Sequence record: NZ_CP137337.1
DNA: 8,178 bases
Reading direction: 5' to 3' (one strand)
Origin: a plasmid
Under the pieces are notes generated by a model that saw only the letters and a list, made by a program, of their open reading frames with translations, made no database searches and had not been told where the DNA came from. The position numbers and the translations under genes were made by a program. Shown one piece after another: positions 1-6,913 of this stretch (positions are counted from its first letter, which is position 1; every line of letters begins with the position of its first letter).

Positions 1-800
1 TGCAATGTTGTTTTTAGCCCCTCATGCAGACGATTTTCAGGCGTTAAACGGATTGACTTATCTTCTTTTTTTGATGCGGGATCTTTTGCTAGTTCAGTCA
101 CAAGGTCAATTTGTTTATCCAGTTCAACTTGAAAGATCAGTGTGTCAGCAGGACGACCGCGTTTTTCAATAGTCAGCTTCATGTTGCTGTAGGTATTTAA
201 ATCTTTTGAGATTGGTTTTAAAACCCAATGATTGAATTTTTTAAATTCAGGATAATTTTTTTCTAGCATCAACATAAACTTGAATTCTTTAAGGCTTATT
301 TCAATGTTAGCTTTATTGGTTTTACGTTGAGTTAATTCCTTTAATAACCATTCATAGACGCGCATGGAATACTTGTTTTCAAAGGCTTTTACGTGCTCTA
401 GGTTATATTTAATAAATCTTTTCAATTGAAATAAATATGGCACTATTTCCTTACTAAATCTAAGTTTTACCGCTTGCTTATCCCTATTAAACTCCGCGTA
501 ATTTACCCACTGAAATATTCGCTCAGATATAGGTCCTGTTGGATAGATTATTTCAATGGTGCGAGTCATCAATTCTCGAGTTATGTTTTTTAATCTCTGA
601 TAAGCATTATCATTTGATAAACCCATCATTTGTGCGTATTGCTGATAAGTAAATGCAACCGTTCGTTGATCTTCGTTAGGATCATTAATTGTTGGATTGA
701 GTAACGCCACACCACACAAAATCAATTTGGTTTCATGCTCAGTAAGGTCGTAACGGCTTACTGCTAATTCATTTGCTTTGAAAACAACTAATTCAGACAT
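1..800 (-). CDS. repA: Plasmid replication initiator RepA (Rep_3 family, pSC101 RepA-like). N-terminal 266 codons plus 2 nt of the next codon. The ORF runs off the window start and continues at the window end, so the molecule is circular.
   Basis: Minus-strand ATG at 800-798, with GAGG 5 nt upstream (revcomp of 801-820). The translation begins MSELVVFKANELAVSRYDLTEHETKLILCGVALLNPT...FTYQQYAQMMGLS...ELMTRTIEI...FQWVNYAEF...LFQLKRFIKYNLEHVKAFENKYSMRVYEWLLKELTQ...NMKLTIEKRGRP...IFQVELD. As far as I recall, this is nearly collinear with pSC101 RepA. It has no in-window stop, which is why it is absent from the ORF track. Confidence 0.9.
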   Translation of the reverse strand, partial: MSELVVFKANELAVSRYDLTEHETKLILCGVALLNPTINDPNEDQRTVAFTYQQYAQMMGLSNDNAYQRLKNITRELMTRTIEIIYPTGPISERIFQWVNYAEFNRDKQAVKLRFSKEIVPYLFQLKRFIKYNLEHVKAFENKYSMRVYEWLLKELTQRKTNKANIEISLKEFKFMLMLEKNYPEFKKFNHWVLKPISKDLNTYSNMKLTIEKRGRPADTLIFQVELDKQIDLVTELAKDPASKKEDKSIRLTPENRLHEGLKTTL

Positions 801-813
801 AGCAACCTCGGTG

Positions 814-830
814 AAGGGTTATAAATCGCT
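814..830 (-). promoter_or_regulatory. Partial inverted iteron (cgatttataaccc on the minus strand) overlapping the putative repA -10. Likely a RepA autoregulatory operator, analogous to IR-1/IR-2 of pSC101.
   Basis: The minus strand reads gcagCGATTTataaCCc immediately upstream of the repA RBS. It resembles the iteron core CGATTTTTACTGTACC in the opposite orientation, and TATAAC lies in the same spot. Confidence 0.3.
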
Positions 831-854
831 GCACTTACAATAAAGGTTTTGTGC

Positions 855-964
855 TTTTTTTCAACTGTACCTTTTCGGTTTTTCTGTGGGTTATTCGATT
901 TTTACTGTACCTTTTGCGCTGCTTATCCGATTTTTACTGTACCAATTCCGATTTTTACTGTACC
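855..964. repeat. Iteron array of the replication origin. Three near-perfect 17-bp direct repeats (tccgatttttactgtacc) sit at 895-911, 927-943 and 948-964, plus a degenerate copy at ~855-872.
   Basis: Direct repeats are seen with 21-32 bp spacing, immediately upstream of the rep gene. This is the classical iteron-plasmid arrangement. Confidence 0.85.
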
Positions 965-1045
965 TTTCTTTTTTTTTTGTGTTTAAAATCAATAATATAA
1001 AAAACCTAGAATAAAGAAAGAATAAAAGATAAAAAAGAATAAATC
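965..1045. other. AT-rich DNA-unwinding-element-like segment of oriV (>85% A+T, with poly-T and poly-A runs).
   Basis: The sequence tttcttttttttttgtgtttaaaatcaataatataaaaaacctagaataaagaaagaataaaagataaaaaagaataaat lies between the iterons and the DnaA box. Confidence 0.7.
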
Positions 1046-1053
1046 CCAGCCCT

Positions 1054-1062
1054 GTGGATAAA
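1054..1062 (-). promoter_or_regulatory. DnaA box, a perfect match to the consensus TTATCCACA on the minus strand.
   Basis: tgtggataa at 1054-1062 is the reverse complement of TTATCCACA. It flanks the AT-rich region and iterons, as in pSC101-type origins. Confidence 0.7.
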
Positions 1063-1388
1063 TCAGAAAACTGCCGTCGATTTGCCGTAGTTAAAAGGAT
1101 GTCGCAAACAACGTTTGCTCCTTTTCAAGACAAACCTAAAACACCTCAGTAGCTCCCTCGCTATGCTCGGGCAACTCGCTGTCCCTCTCTTTTGTCTCCG
1201 ACCATCCAGCCACTGCACCGCTGTTTTTTCCGTGTCATTGAGTTCGCTACGCTCACGGGTCAATCAGGAAAGTGGTTGTATGCGCTTCTGTGCTACGCTT
1301 TCAGTATTAGGCGACGAAATCATTACCGAGCCAGTAAAACCTCGTCACGGGCTTCCTGTGGCGTTTTAGAGGGTATTAACAGCCTGTT

Positions 1389-1853
1389 CTAATCTTCCTT
1401 TTTCTGATTGAGTAATGCTTGCCCTTTTATTTTCCATTCTGCCCATTTGGGATTCTCACGGGGTAATTCATGCAAGCTGGCTAATGCACCCAGTAGTTTC
1501 GCGGGGTCATCCACCGGTTTACCTGTTTGACTGTCCACTAACCCTGCCATAATGAGTAATCCCGCCGATTGATAAAGGGCATGATCACGAGCTTTACGGG
1601 CGGCTTTGGCTTCTGCCCGCTTCTCTGCCTGAATAAGATTCATCACCTTCGTGCGGGCTTCCTGTGCTTTTTCTGCTGCCCGTTCCGCCTGAATTAACAA
1701 TGAGAGCGTCTTTATTTCTTGGGCGGTTTTATCCACTTTATCGTGCAATATCACCAATAAACGTTGTTGCTCATTCGGTGATTTTAAACCACGGATATAT
1801 TGCACTCTATCTGTGAGCCATTTTGCTTGTTTTTCGTTTTTCATCTTTACCAC
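1389..1853 (-). CDS. mobC: MobC-type relaxosome accessory protein (RSF1010 MobC-like), divergent from mobA with oriT in between. The GTG start at 1853 gives MVKMKN... An alternative ATG at 1844 gives MKNEKQ...
   Basis: It is 154 aa (151 aa from the ATG). Its helical, charged middle is followed by the hydrophobic patch ARKARDHALYQSAGLLIMAGLVD, paralleling the ...RKNETRRKVLVGAMILAKV... region of RSF1010 MobC. The MVK start parallels RSF1010 MobC MVKGSNK. The gene begins ~90 nt beyond the nick site on the nicked strand, as in RSF1010. Confidence 0.6.
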   Translation of the reverse strand: MVKMKNEKQAKWLTDRVQYIRGLKSPNEQQRLLVILHDKVDKTAQEIKTLSLLIQAERAAEKAQEARTKVMNLIQAEKRAEAKAARKARDHALYQSAGLLIMAGLVDSQTGKPVDDPAKLLGALASLHELPRENPKWAEWKIKGQALLNQKKED

Positions 1854-1934
1854 TTATGTTATTTCTCGAATGGAATAATTATGCTCATGATTGGCAACTC
1901 AGGTCAAATTCTACTACAATCCCTATCATCCTTT

Positions 1935-1985
1935 TTATTGATAGGGCGCACTTAGACGTTTCTTCACTTTGTTTAGAAACGGTGC
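1935..1985 (-). other. oriT of RSF1010/R1162 (MOBQ) type. An inverted repeat (CGTTTCT at 1957-1963, AGAAACG at 1975-1981) is followed on the minus strand by GTC TAAGTGCG|CCCT. The predicted nick on the minus strand lies between the bases paired to 1947 and 1946.
   Basis: The minus strand reads ccgtttctaaacaaagtgaagaaacgtcTAAGTGCGCCCTatc. The remembered RSF1010 oriT is GTTTCTCGAAGAGAAACCGG TAAGTGCG^CCCT. The 12-nt nick core is identical, and the IR-spacer-nic spacing is the same. Confidence 0.75.
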
Positions 1986-2009
1986 GCGCTTGCAGCGGGC
2001 GAAAACAGC

Positions 2010-3119
2010 ATGGCATCTTATCATCTCAGCGTTAAAACTGGCGGGAAAGGCAAAGCCGCTTCCCATGTCGATTATATTGCGCGTGAGGGAAAATATGCCC
2101 GTGAAAAAGACAACGACCTTGAGCATCAAGAGTCCGGCAATATGCCCGCGTGGGCAGCACATAAACCGACCGAGTTTTGGAAAGCCGCGGACACGTTTGA
2201 ACGTGCCAACGGCTGTACCTACCGCGAAATTGAAATTGCCCTGCCGCGTGAATTGACACCCGTACAACGCCTTGAGCTTGTTCGTGATTTTATTCAACAG
2301 GAAATTGGCGACCGGCATGCCTATCAATTTGCCATTCATAACCCCAGAGCGGCGATTGAAGGCGGCGAACAACCGCACGCGCATATTATGTTTTCTGAAC
2401 GGCTTAATGACGGTATTGAGCGTGACCCGCAGTTGTATTTTAAACGGGCTAACACGAAAAACCCTGAACGGGGCGGCGCAAAAAAAGCTCGTTTTGGCGA
2501 AACGCCGACCGAACGCAAGGCATACCTTATCGCCCAGCGAGAACGCTGGGCTGACTTACAGAATAAGCATCTTGAACGGTATCAGCATCCCGACCGCGTT
2601 GATGCGCGTTCCCTGAAAGCACAGGGGATTGAGCGTGAGCCGGAGCGACATTTTGGCGCAGGACAGGTCAGGCAGTTTGAACCCGCGCAGTTACACGCGG
2701 TGATGGAGCGCAGAGAAGCGGAGCGACAGGCTCAGCACTGTCGTGATGAATGCAACAGCGTGATTGATGTCACGACGACATTACGGGAAGCCCTCGCAGA
2801 GCGCGATAACGTCACTGAAACACCTAAATGCGAGGTGATGCAAAATGCGACTCAGGGCAGAACGTTTGATTTTGAAAAAGAGTCTGACAAGCTGAACGCA
2901 CTGTTCAGTGATGCCATGAAGGACATACAGGAAGAAATCGATCTTCAGTCCCTTGTTAACGATGCGATGGCGGAGTTTCAGGGCATTCATCAGGACATGG
3001 TTAAGCAGCAAGAGCGTGAGTATTGGGCTGAGCAGCGGCGTCAGCAGGAAAAAGAACGGCAGCGCCTCGCTGAGCAGAAGCGACAGAAACCGGATGACGG
3101 CTGGTCATTTTCACGATAG
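2010..3119 (+). CDS. mobA: MobA relaxase, MOBQ family. It has the relaxase domain only (369 aa) and lacks the primase domain of RSF1010 MobA.
   Basis: The N-terminus MASYHLSVKTGGKGKAASHVDYIAREGKYAR parallels RSF1010 MAIYHLTAKTG...ADYIQREGKYAR. The catalytic Tyr candidate is Y22 at nt 2073-2075. A 3-His metal motif is present: H110, then HAH at 123-125 (QPHAHIMFSERLNDGIERDPQLYFKR versus RSF1010 NPHCHLMISERINDGIER..WFKR). GGAKKA and AWAD match the GGAQKT and AWAD segments of RSF1010. Confidence 0.9.
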   Translation: MASYHLSVKTGGKGKAASHVDYIAREGKYAREKDNDLEHQESGNMPAWAAHKPTEFWKAADTFERANGCTYREIEIALPRELTPVQRLELVRDFIQQEIGDRHAYQFAIHNPRAAIEGGEQPHAHIMFSERLNDGIERDPQLYFKRANTKNPERGGAKKARFGETPTERKAYLIAQRERWADLQNKHLERYQHPDRVDARSLKAQGIEREPERHFGAGQVRQFEPAQLHAVMERREAERQAQHCRDECNSVIDVTTTLREALAERDNVTETPKCEVMQNATQGRTFDFEKESDKLNALFSDAMKDIQEEIDLQSLVNDAMAEFQGIHQDMVKQQEREYWAEQRRQQEKERQRLAEQKRQKPDDGWSFSR

Positions 3120-3131
3120 AGAGAATTTTGT

Positions 3132-3716
3132 ATGAGTGATGAGATTAAAAAAATTGCGGCGCTGATTGGGCATCAGCAAGCGCAGGAAAAGCGTGTGGCG
3201 GCGTTGATTGAAGAATTTCAGGCTGAATCAGCCAAATTGAGTCGCCAGACAGCGCAATTGGCGCAGGTGATCCATGAACTGGACAGTGCCTCCGGTAAGA
3301 TGACTGATACGGTCAGGCAATCGGTGAATACCGCCTTAACTCAGGTTGAGAAAGAACTCAAACAAATCGGATTGGAGCAGCAGAAACCTGCCGTCAATGC
3401 GCTGAATCAAGTGGTTACAGCGGCTAATGAATCCGTGAGTGCAATGCGACGTGAAATGTCGCGCTATACGTGGAAGTCTGCCATTTATATCGCATTGACG
3501 ATATTTGCGGTGATGGGCGGGTGTCTTTGGGGGATGGTTTATTTTATCAACAGCGGTTATGACCGAATTGCAAAAATGCAGCGCATGGAAGCGGTTTGGC
3601 AGAAAAAAGCCCCGCTGGCTGATATCTCCACGTGTGACGGAAAACCTTGTGTGAAAGTGGATACCAGTCAGTCATACGGCGATAAAAAAAATACGTATCT
3701 GATTATCAAACAATAA
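3132..3716 (+). CDS. mobB: MobB-like mobilisation accessory protein (194 aa). It has a coiled-coil N-terminal region and a C-terminal transmembrane segment.
   Basis: It starts 13 nt after the mobA stop. The predicted TM helix is SAIYIALTIFAVMGGCLWGMVYFI. Position and membrane anchor are analogous to RSF1010 MobB. The assignment rests on context and architecture, not strong sequence recall. Confidence 0.45.
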   Translation: MSDEIKKIAALIGHQQAQEKRVAALIEEFQAESAKLSRQTAQLAQVIHELDSASGKMTDTVRQSVNTALTQVEKELKQIGLEQQKPAVNALNQVVTAANESVSAMRREMSRYTWKSAIYIALTIFAVMGGCLWGMVYFINSGYDRIAKMQRMEAVWQKKAPLADISTCDGKPCVKVDTSQSYGDKKNTYLIIKQ

Positions 3717-3744
3717 AAAACGGCGTGTTCAGCGCCGTTTTTAT
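3715..3744 (+). terminator. Rho-independent terminator of the mob operon.
   Basis: The sequence is aaaaaCGGCGtgttcagCGCCGttttt. A 5-bp GC stem with a 7-nt loop is followed by a T5 run, and is A-flanked, so it may work in both directions. Confidence 0.7.
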
Positions 3745-4085
3745 GTGATTATTTTTATATGTATGCTCTTTGTGATAAAGGTGGTTAATGTGAGTTATTC
3801 TTTATATGTATCAACCTTTCATTATCAAAATGAATCAGGCTCACTGACAGATAACCATGAATTCAACAGTGCCTTCACACAGTGCTGACATAAATCCAGC
3901 TTCAAACGGTTTCCGTCACCGAAGATAGAGCCAAAACCGACCTTCTGGTCAATGGATAGAAATTCATGAAATTCAGGGGACATTTTTTCAGCGAAAAGAT
4001 TACAGCGTTAACAATATTTTGCTGAAATAACAATGGTTTCGTCAGTTGTAAATGCTTTCATAAGGGGCTCATTGTTTTAATATAT

Positions 4086-4114
4086 TTAAATGATTAGTAT
4101 TTTTAGTATATGAT
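4086..4114 (+). promoter_or_regulatory. Candidate sigma70 promoter for the retron transcript. The -35-like element is ttaaat, with 17 bp spacing to a -10 TATGAT at 4109-4114. The predicted TSS is ~4121, at the start of the a1 repeat.
   Basis: This reading comes from the sequence alone. The -10 is good and the -35 is weak. Placement directly upstream of a1 matches known retron organisation. Confidence 0.25.
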
Positions 4115-4120
4115 AGGAAA

Positions 4121-4253
4121 AGAGCATGTAGGCAGATTTTGGGATTGTGTATCACAATCATTGAAAACAACGGGTGGATATCTCGCCCACTATGATTCTC
4201 ATAGTATTCCTAGCGATTAATCGTAGCTTTGCATAAGAGTGCTTACATGCTCT
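4121..4253 (+). ncRNA. msr-msd: Candidate retron msr-msd non-coding RNA, bounded by inverted repeats a1 (4121-4134, agagcatgtaggca) and a2 (4240-4253, tgcttacatgctct). The candidate branching G is G4135.
   Basis: There is a 10-bp perfect inverted repeat (agagcatgta / tacatgctct), extendable to 14 bp with one G-U pair. The first unpaired base after a1 is a G. Internal hairpins include GATTGTG-tat-CACAATC (4143-4159), ACTATGA-ttc-TCATAGT (4188-4204) and the palindrome CGATTAATCG (4214-4223). The 133-nt span sits ~35 nt upstream of the RT start, compatible with a short Ec67-size msr-msd. Confidence 0.35.
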
Positions 4254-4288
4254 ACTATCTACATAAAAAATGCTGATAGTGGTGACCT

Positions 4289-6034
4289 ATGAAAAGTAGA
4301 TCTCTAGATTTATTACGACAAACTAACAATAAAGTCGATTTAGCTAAATTATTAGGTGTAAGTCCTGTTTTTCTAACTAACACGTTATATAGAATAAAAG
4401 TTGAGACTTTATATAATCAAATAAAAATACCAAAAAAAACAGGTGGAATAAGATATATATACTCTCCAGATAGTAGGTTAAAGGAAATTCAAAGAAAACT
4501 TTCTAAGTTACTATTAAATTGTCTTGATGAAATTAGAGCTGAAAATAAAACAAAATCTGTAATATCCCATGGATTTGAAAGAGAGAAAAACATAATAACA
4601 AACGCCAAGAAACACATAAGTAAAAATATTGTTTTAAATTTAGACTTGGAAAGTTTTTTTGATTCATTTAATTTCGGTCGAGTCAGAGGTTTCTTTATTA
4701 AGAATAAGTATTTTTTACTTAATGATGAAATTGCTACTGTTATTGCACAAATATCATGTTTAAATATTCAGGCAGGCGAAAGAAAAATAAGCATTCTTCC
4801 TCAAGGAAGCCCGTGCTCTCCTGTTATAACAAATTTAATATCATCATCAATGGATATTAAATTAAATAGTTTGGCAAAAAGGAATAGATGTACTTATACA
4901 AGATATGCTGATGATATAACGATATCAACAAACCTAAAGAGTTTTGGAAAGCAAATAGTTAAAGGTGTAGATGAAAACAATAATGTTTCACTAGGTAATA
5001 AACTAATTTCTTATATAGAGAAATCAGGGTTTGTTATTAATGATAAGAAAACCAGGATTCAATATAAAAATTCAAGGCAGGATGTTACTGGGCTTTTAGT
5101 TAATAAAAAAATAAATCCTAGCAGAAAATACAGTGATATATTACGGTCAATGTGTAATTCATTATTTAATAGTGGTGAGTTTGAACTTATTGATAAAGAA
5201 AAGAAAAAAAGAAAAGGGACGATTAATGAGTTGGAGGGGAAATTAAGTTTTGTAGATCAAATAGATAGATTTAATAATAGAGATGTATTGAGTAAAGGAG
5301 GAACACTTCTTAAAAACAGAAGAGAGAATCTGTACTCTAAATTTATTTACTTTAAGAAATTCATTTTTAATGATGAAGTGACTGTGATTACAGAAGGGCA
5401 TACAGATCATATTTATATTCGTTCAGCAGCTATATCAATGAAGAATAAATTTAATGATTTAATTAAAGAAGATAATAAAAAAGTAAAGTTAAATTTTAGT
5501 TTTCTGAAAATAAATAATAAAATAGAGTATTTGCTTGATATCAAAGAGGGAACATCAAGTATAAAAAAATTCATAGAAAGATTCCCTGAAAATTATTCTA
5601 AATATAATATAGGAAAACCAAAAAAACCAGTTATTATCATACTTGATAATGATTCAGGATCATCAGGGTCTGGCGGTATTTTTCAATTGCTAATAAGTGA
5701 TAAATTTAAGAACATTACAAGTGATAAAGATGAAATAAGAAATGTTGAATTTATTCATGTTTTTGGTAATTTATATATCATATTTACACCGTTAAAAGAT
5801 GGTAAAGATACTTCGATGGAAGATTTGTTTTCAGACGATATTTTAAATAAAAAAATGAATGGAAAAAAATTCAATAGAACAAATAAGAAATGTAAAAATG
5901 ATGAATTTGGTAAGGATTATTTTGCTAGATTCATAATTAAACCAAATATTAAAACAATAGATTTTTCCAAGTTTGATACTATATTTAATAGAATTAAGTT
6001 AGTTATTTCTGATTATGAAAAAAAAGAAATGTAA
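4289..6034 (+). CDS. ret: Retron-type reverse transcriptase fused to a C-terminal TOPRIM domain (581 aa). This is the RT-Toprim retron architecture of Ec67 / Retron-Eco2.
   Basis: RT motifs: IPKKTGGIRYIYSP (domains 1-2), SHGF...ITNA..H and LDLESFFDS (domains 3-4), LPQGSPCSPVITNL (5), YTRYADDITIS (YADD at nt 4904-4915), and the retron-specific KKT...RQDVTGLLVNKK 'VTG' segment. C-terminal TOPRIM: VTVITEGHTDH (conserved Glu369, nt 5393-5395) and IIILDNDSGSSGSGG (DxD 453-455, nt 5645-5653). Its size is close to the 586-aa Ec67 RT. Confidence 0.9.
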   Translation: MKSRSLDLLRQTNNKVDLAKLLGVSPVFLTNTLYRIKVETLYNQIKIPKKTGGIRYIYSPDSRLKEIQRKLSKLLLNCLDEIRAENKTKSVISHGFEREKNIITNAKKHISKNIVLNLDLESFFDSFNFGRVRGFFIKNKYFLLNDEIATVIAQISCLNIQAGERKISILPQGSPCSPVITNLISSSMDIKLNSLAKRNRCTYTRYADDITISTNLKSFGKQIVKGVDENNNVSLGNKLISYIEKSGFVINDKKTRIQYKNSRQDVTGLLVNKKINPSRKYSDILRSMCNSLFNSGEFELIDKEKKKRKGTINELEGKLSFVDQIDRFNNRDVLSKGGTLLKNRRENLYSKFIYFKKFIFNDEVTVITEGHTDHIYIRSAAISMKNKFNDLIKEDNKKVKLNFSFLKINNKIEYLLDIKEGTSSIKKFIERFPENYSKYNIGKPKKPVIIILDNDSGSSGSGGIFQLLISDKFKNITSDKDEIRNVEFIHVFGNLYIIFTPLKDGKDTSMEDLFSDDILNKKMNGKKFNRTNKKCKNDEFGKDYFARFIIKPNIKTIDFSKFDTIFNRIKLVISDYEKKEM

Positions 6035-6319
6035 ATAATCAATGCAATTGCTTTTTATATAGACAATTGCATTAGTCATACCCTGACTATCAATGAGATG
6101 AGCGAATAATTTAAGATGTAATCCTGCAATATACAAGTCCGGCAGTTAGTTAAATTTCGTATATTGCATGCCATTTAACATAATCGTACTCCCGCTCCCA
6201 GATTTTTATATTTAGAGTAATGATATGTGTGGGATGGAAATTTATCCATCCTGCACAGTTTGATTATTTCCATTAATATTTATTTTTAATAAAAAACGAT
6301 ATTTTGTTTTCAAATTTCA

Positions 6320-6913
6320 CTATATTGACATATTTTCTAATATGAGAGATGTGAATTCATTTTCATTATCTTCAATACTGGCTTTCATCCAACGATCTGG
6401 TGATGAAGGCCAACTAAGATTAATCCCTAGGTTATGCAGGAATAATTCTATAAATAGCCGTAATGTGCGACCATTACCCTCACGAAAAGGGTGTAAATAA
6501 TTTAGGTCAGTGGTTATTTTTCCTAATTCTTTTATATATTCTATCTTTTCATCATTGGTGAAATCACTTATTGGTTTAGATAGAAATTTTTTATGTAATG
6601 TGTTCACTCTATTGAATATAAGGTTTCCTTCTTTTTCTATGTATGGGTTGCTACAAAATCTAGTAGTACCTTTACTAATATCGATATCCCTAATTTTCCC
6701 CGCCCATTTGAAAGCACATGAGAACATCTCTCTATGTATTTCGCATAGTGTTTTTAAATTATATGGATAGGATATTGATATATTATCAATGATTAACATT
6801 TGTTCAGATATTATTTTTTTATCCAATAAATCATCATCTTTAATATTAAAATTATTAATCAGTACACCATGGTGTTCTTTGTAACAGTATTTATCAGTAC
6901 CATTATATTTCAT
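6320..6913 (-). CDS. ficT: Fic-domain toxin, FicT-like (class I Fic AMP-transferase). The call is 197 aa from the ATG at 6913, which has an AGAGGAA RBS. The ORF-track alternative starts at 6949 (209 aa).
   Basis: The Fic motif HPFREGNGRTLR sits at nt ~6467-6493. The upstream segment IHREMFSCAFKWAGKIRDIDISKGTTRFCSNPYIEKEGN parallels the remembered E. coli FicT segment IHRQLYQDIFDWAGQLREVDIYQGDTPFCHFAYIEKEGN. The size matches FicT (~200 aa). The start lies 5 nt after the stop of the upstream small gene, which suggests translational coupling. Confidence 0.85.
   Translation of the reverse strand: MKYNGTDKYCYKEHHGVLINNFNIKDDDLLDKKIISEQMLIIDNISISYPYNLKTLCEIHREMFSCAFKWAGKIRDIDISKGTTRFCSNPYIEKEGNLIFNRVNTLHKKFLSKPISDFTNDEKIEYIKELGKITTDLNYLHPFREGNGRTLRLFIELFLHNLGINLSWPSSPDRWMKASIEDNENEFTSLILENMSI

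Noticed and set aside
855-964. The direct repeat array considered as a CRISPR array.
   Set aside because: The repeats are 17 bp with irregular 4-15 bp spacers, and sit immediately upstream of a Rep_3 initiator gene next to an AT-rich region and a DnaA box. They are iterons, not CRISPR repeats. No cas genes are present.
1063-1392. Three mutually overlapping 66-84 aa ORFs on both strands: 1063-1263 -, 1115-1369 +, 1192-1392 +.
   Set aside because: They overlap each other in different frames, lack Shine-Dalgarno sequences, and sit in the ori-adjacent non-coding segment. This was treated as non-coding DNA with repeats rather than genes.
1935-3135. Several 60-149 aa ORFs overlapping mobA or oriT in other frames or on the opposite strand: 1823-2035 +, 1935-2384 -, 1969-2256 +, 2032-2259 -, 2272-2616 +, 2336-2518 -, 2781-3011 -, 2953-3135 +.
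   Set aside because: All lie inside or antisense to the strongly supported MobA ORF in GC-rich DNA. They have Arg/Pro/Cys-rich compositions typical of off-frame translation and no RBS. RSF1010 encodes mobB inside mobA, but none of these resembles MobB. A separate MobB-like gene follows mobA instead.
3738-4269. Alternative a1/a2 pair for the retron (tttttatgt at 3738-3746 versus acataaaaa at 4261-4269).
   Set aside because: A 9-bp A/T-only match in AT-rich DNA, 515 bp apart, is far longer than known msr-msd units. The left copy is the terminator T-tract. It is very likely chance.
6039-6075. 9-bp inverted repeat ATGCAATTG / CAATTGCAT with a 14-nt loop just after the RT stop, considered as a terminator.
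   Set aside because: The large loop, AT-only stem and lack of a following U-tract make an intrinsic terminator unconvincing. Likewise GGATGG-n8-CCATCC at 6232-6251 near the ficT end has no U-tract. Both are noted but not annotated as terminators.
6154-6183. Possible complete Acinetobacter-style pdif or XerC/D site (ATTTCGTATAT ... ATTTAACATAA).
   Set aside because: The two arm-like 11-mers are in direct rather than inverted orientation and are separated by 8 nt. No arrangement gives XerC arm, 6 bp, then XerD arm. They are kept only as orphan half-sites in a finding, not annotated as a functional site.
6510-6770. 86-aa plus-strand ORF.
   Set aside because: It is antisense inside the Fic toxin gene, which has an unmistakable HPFxEGNGR motif. 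It has a typical AT-rich antisense composition.
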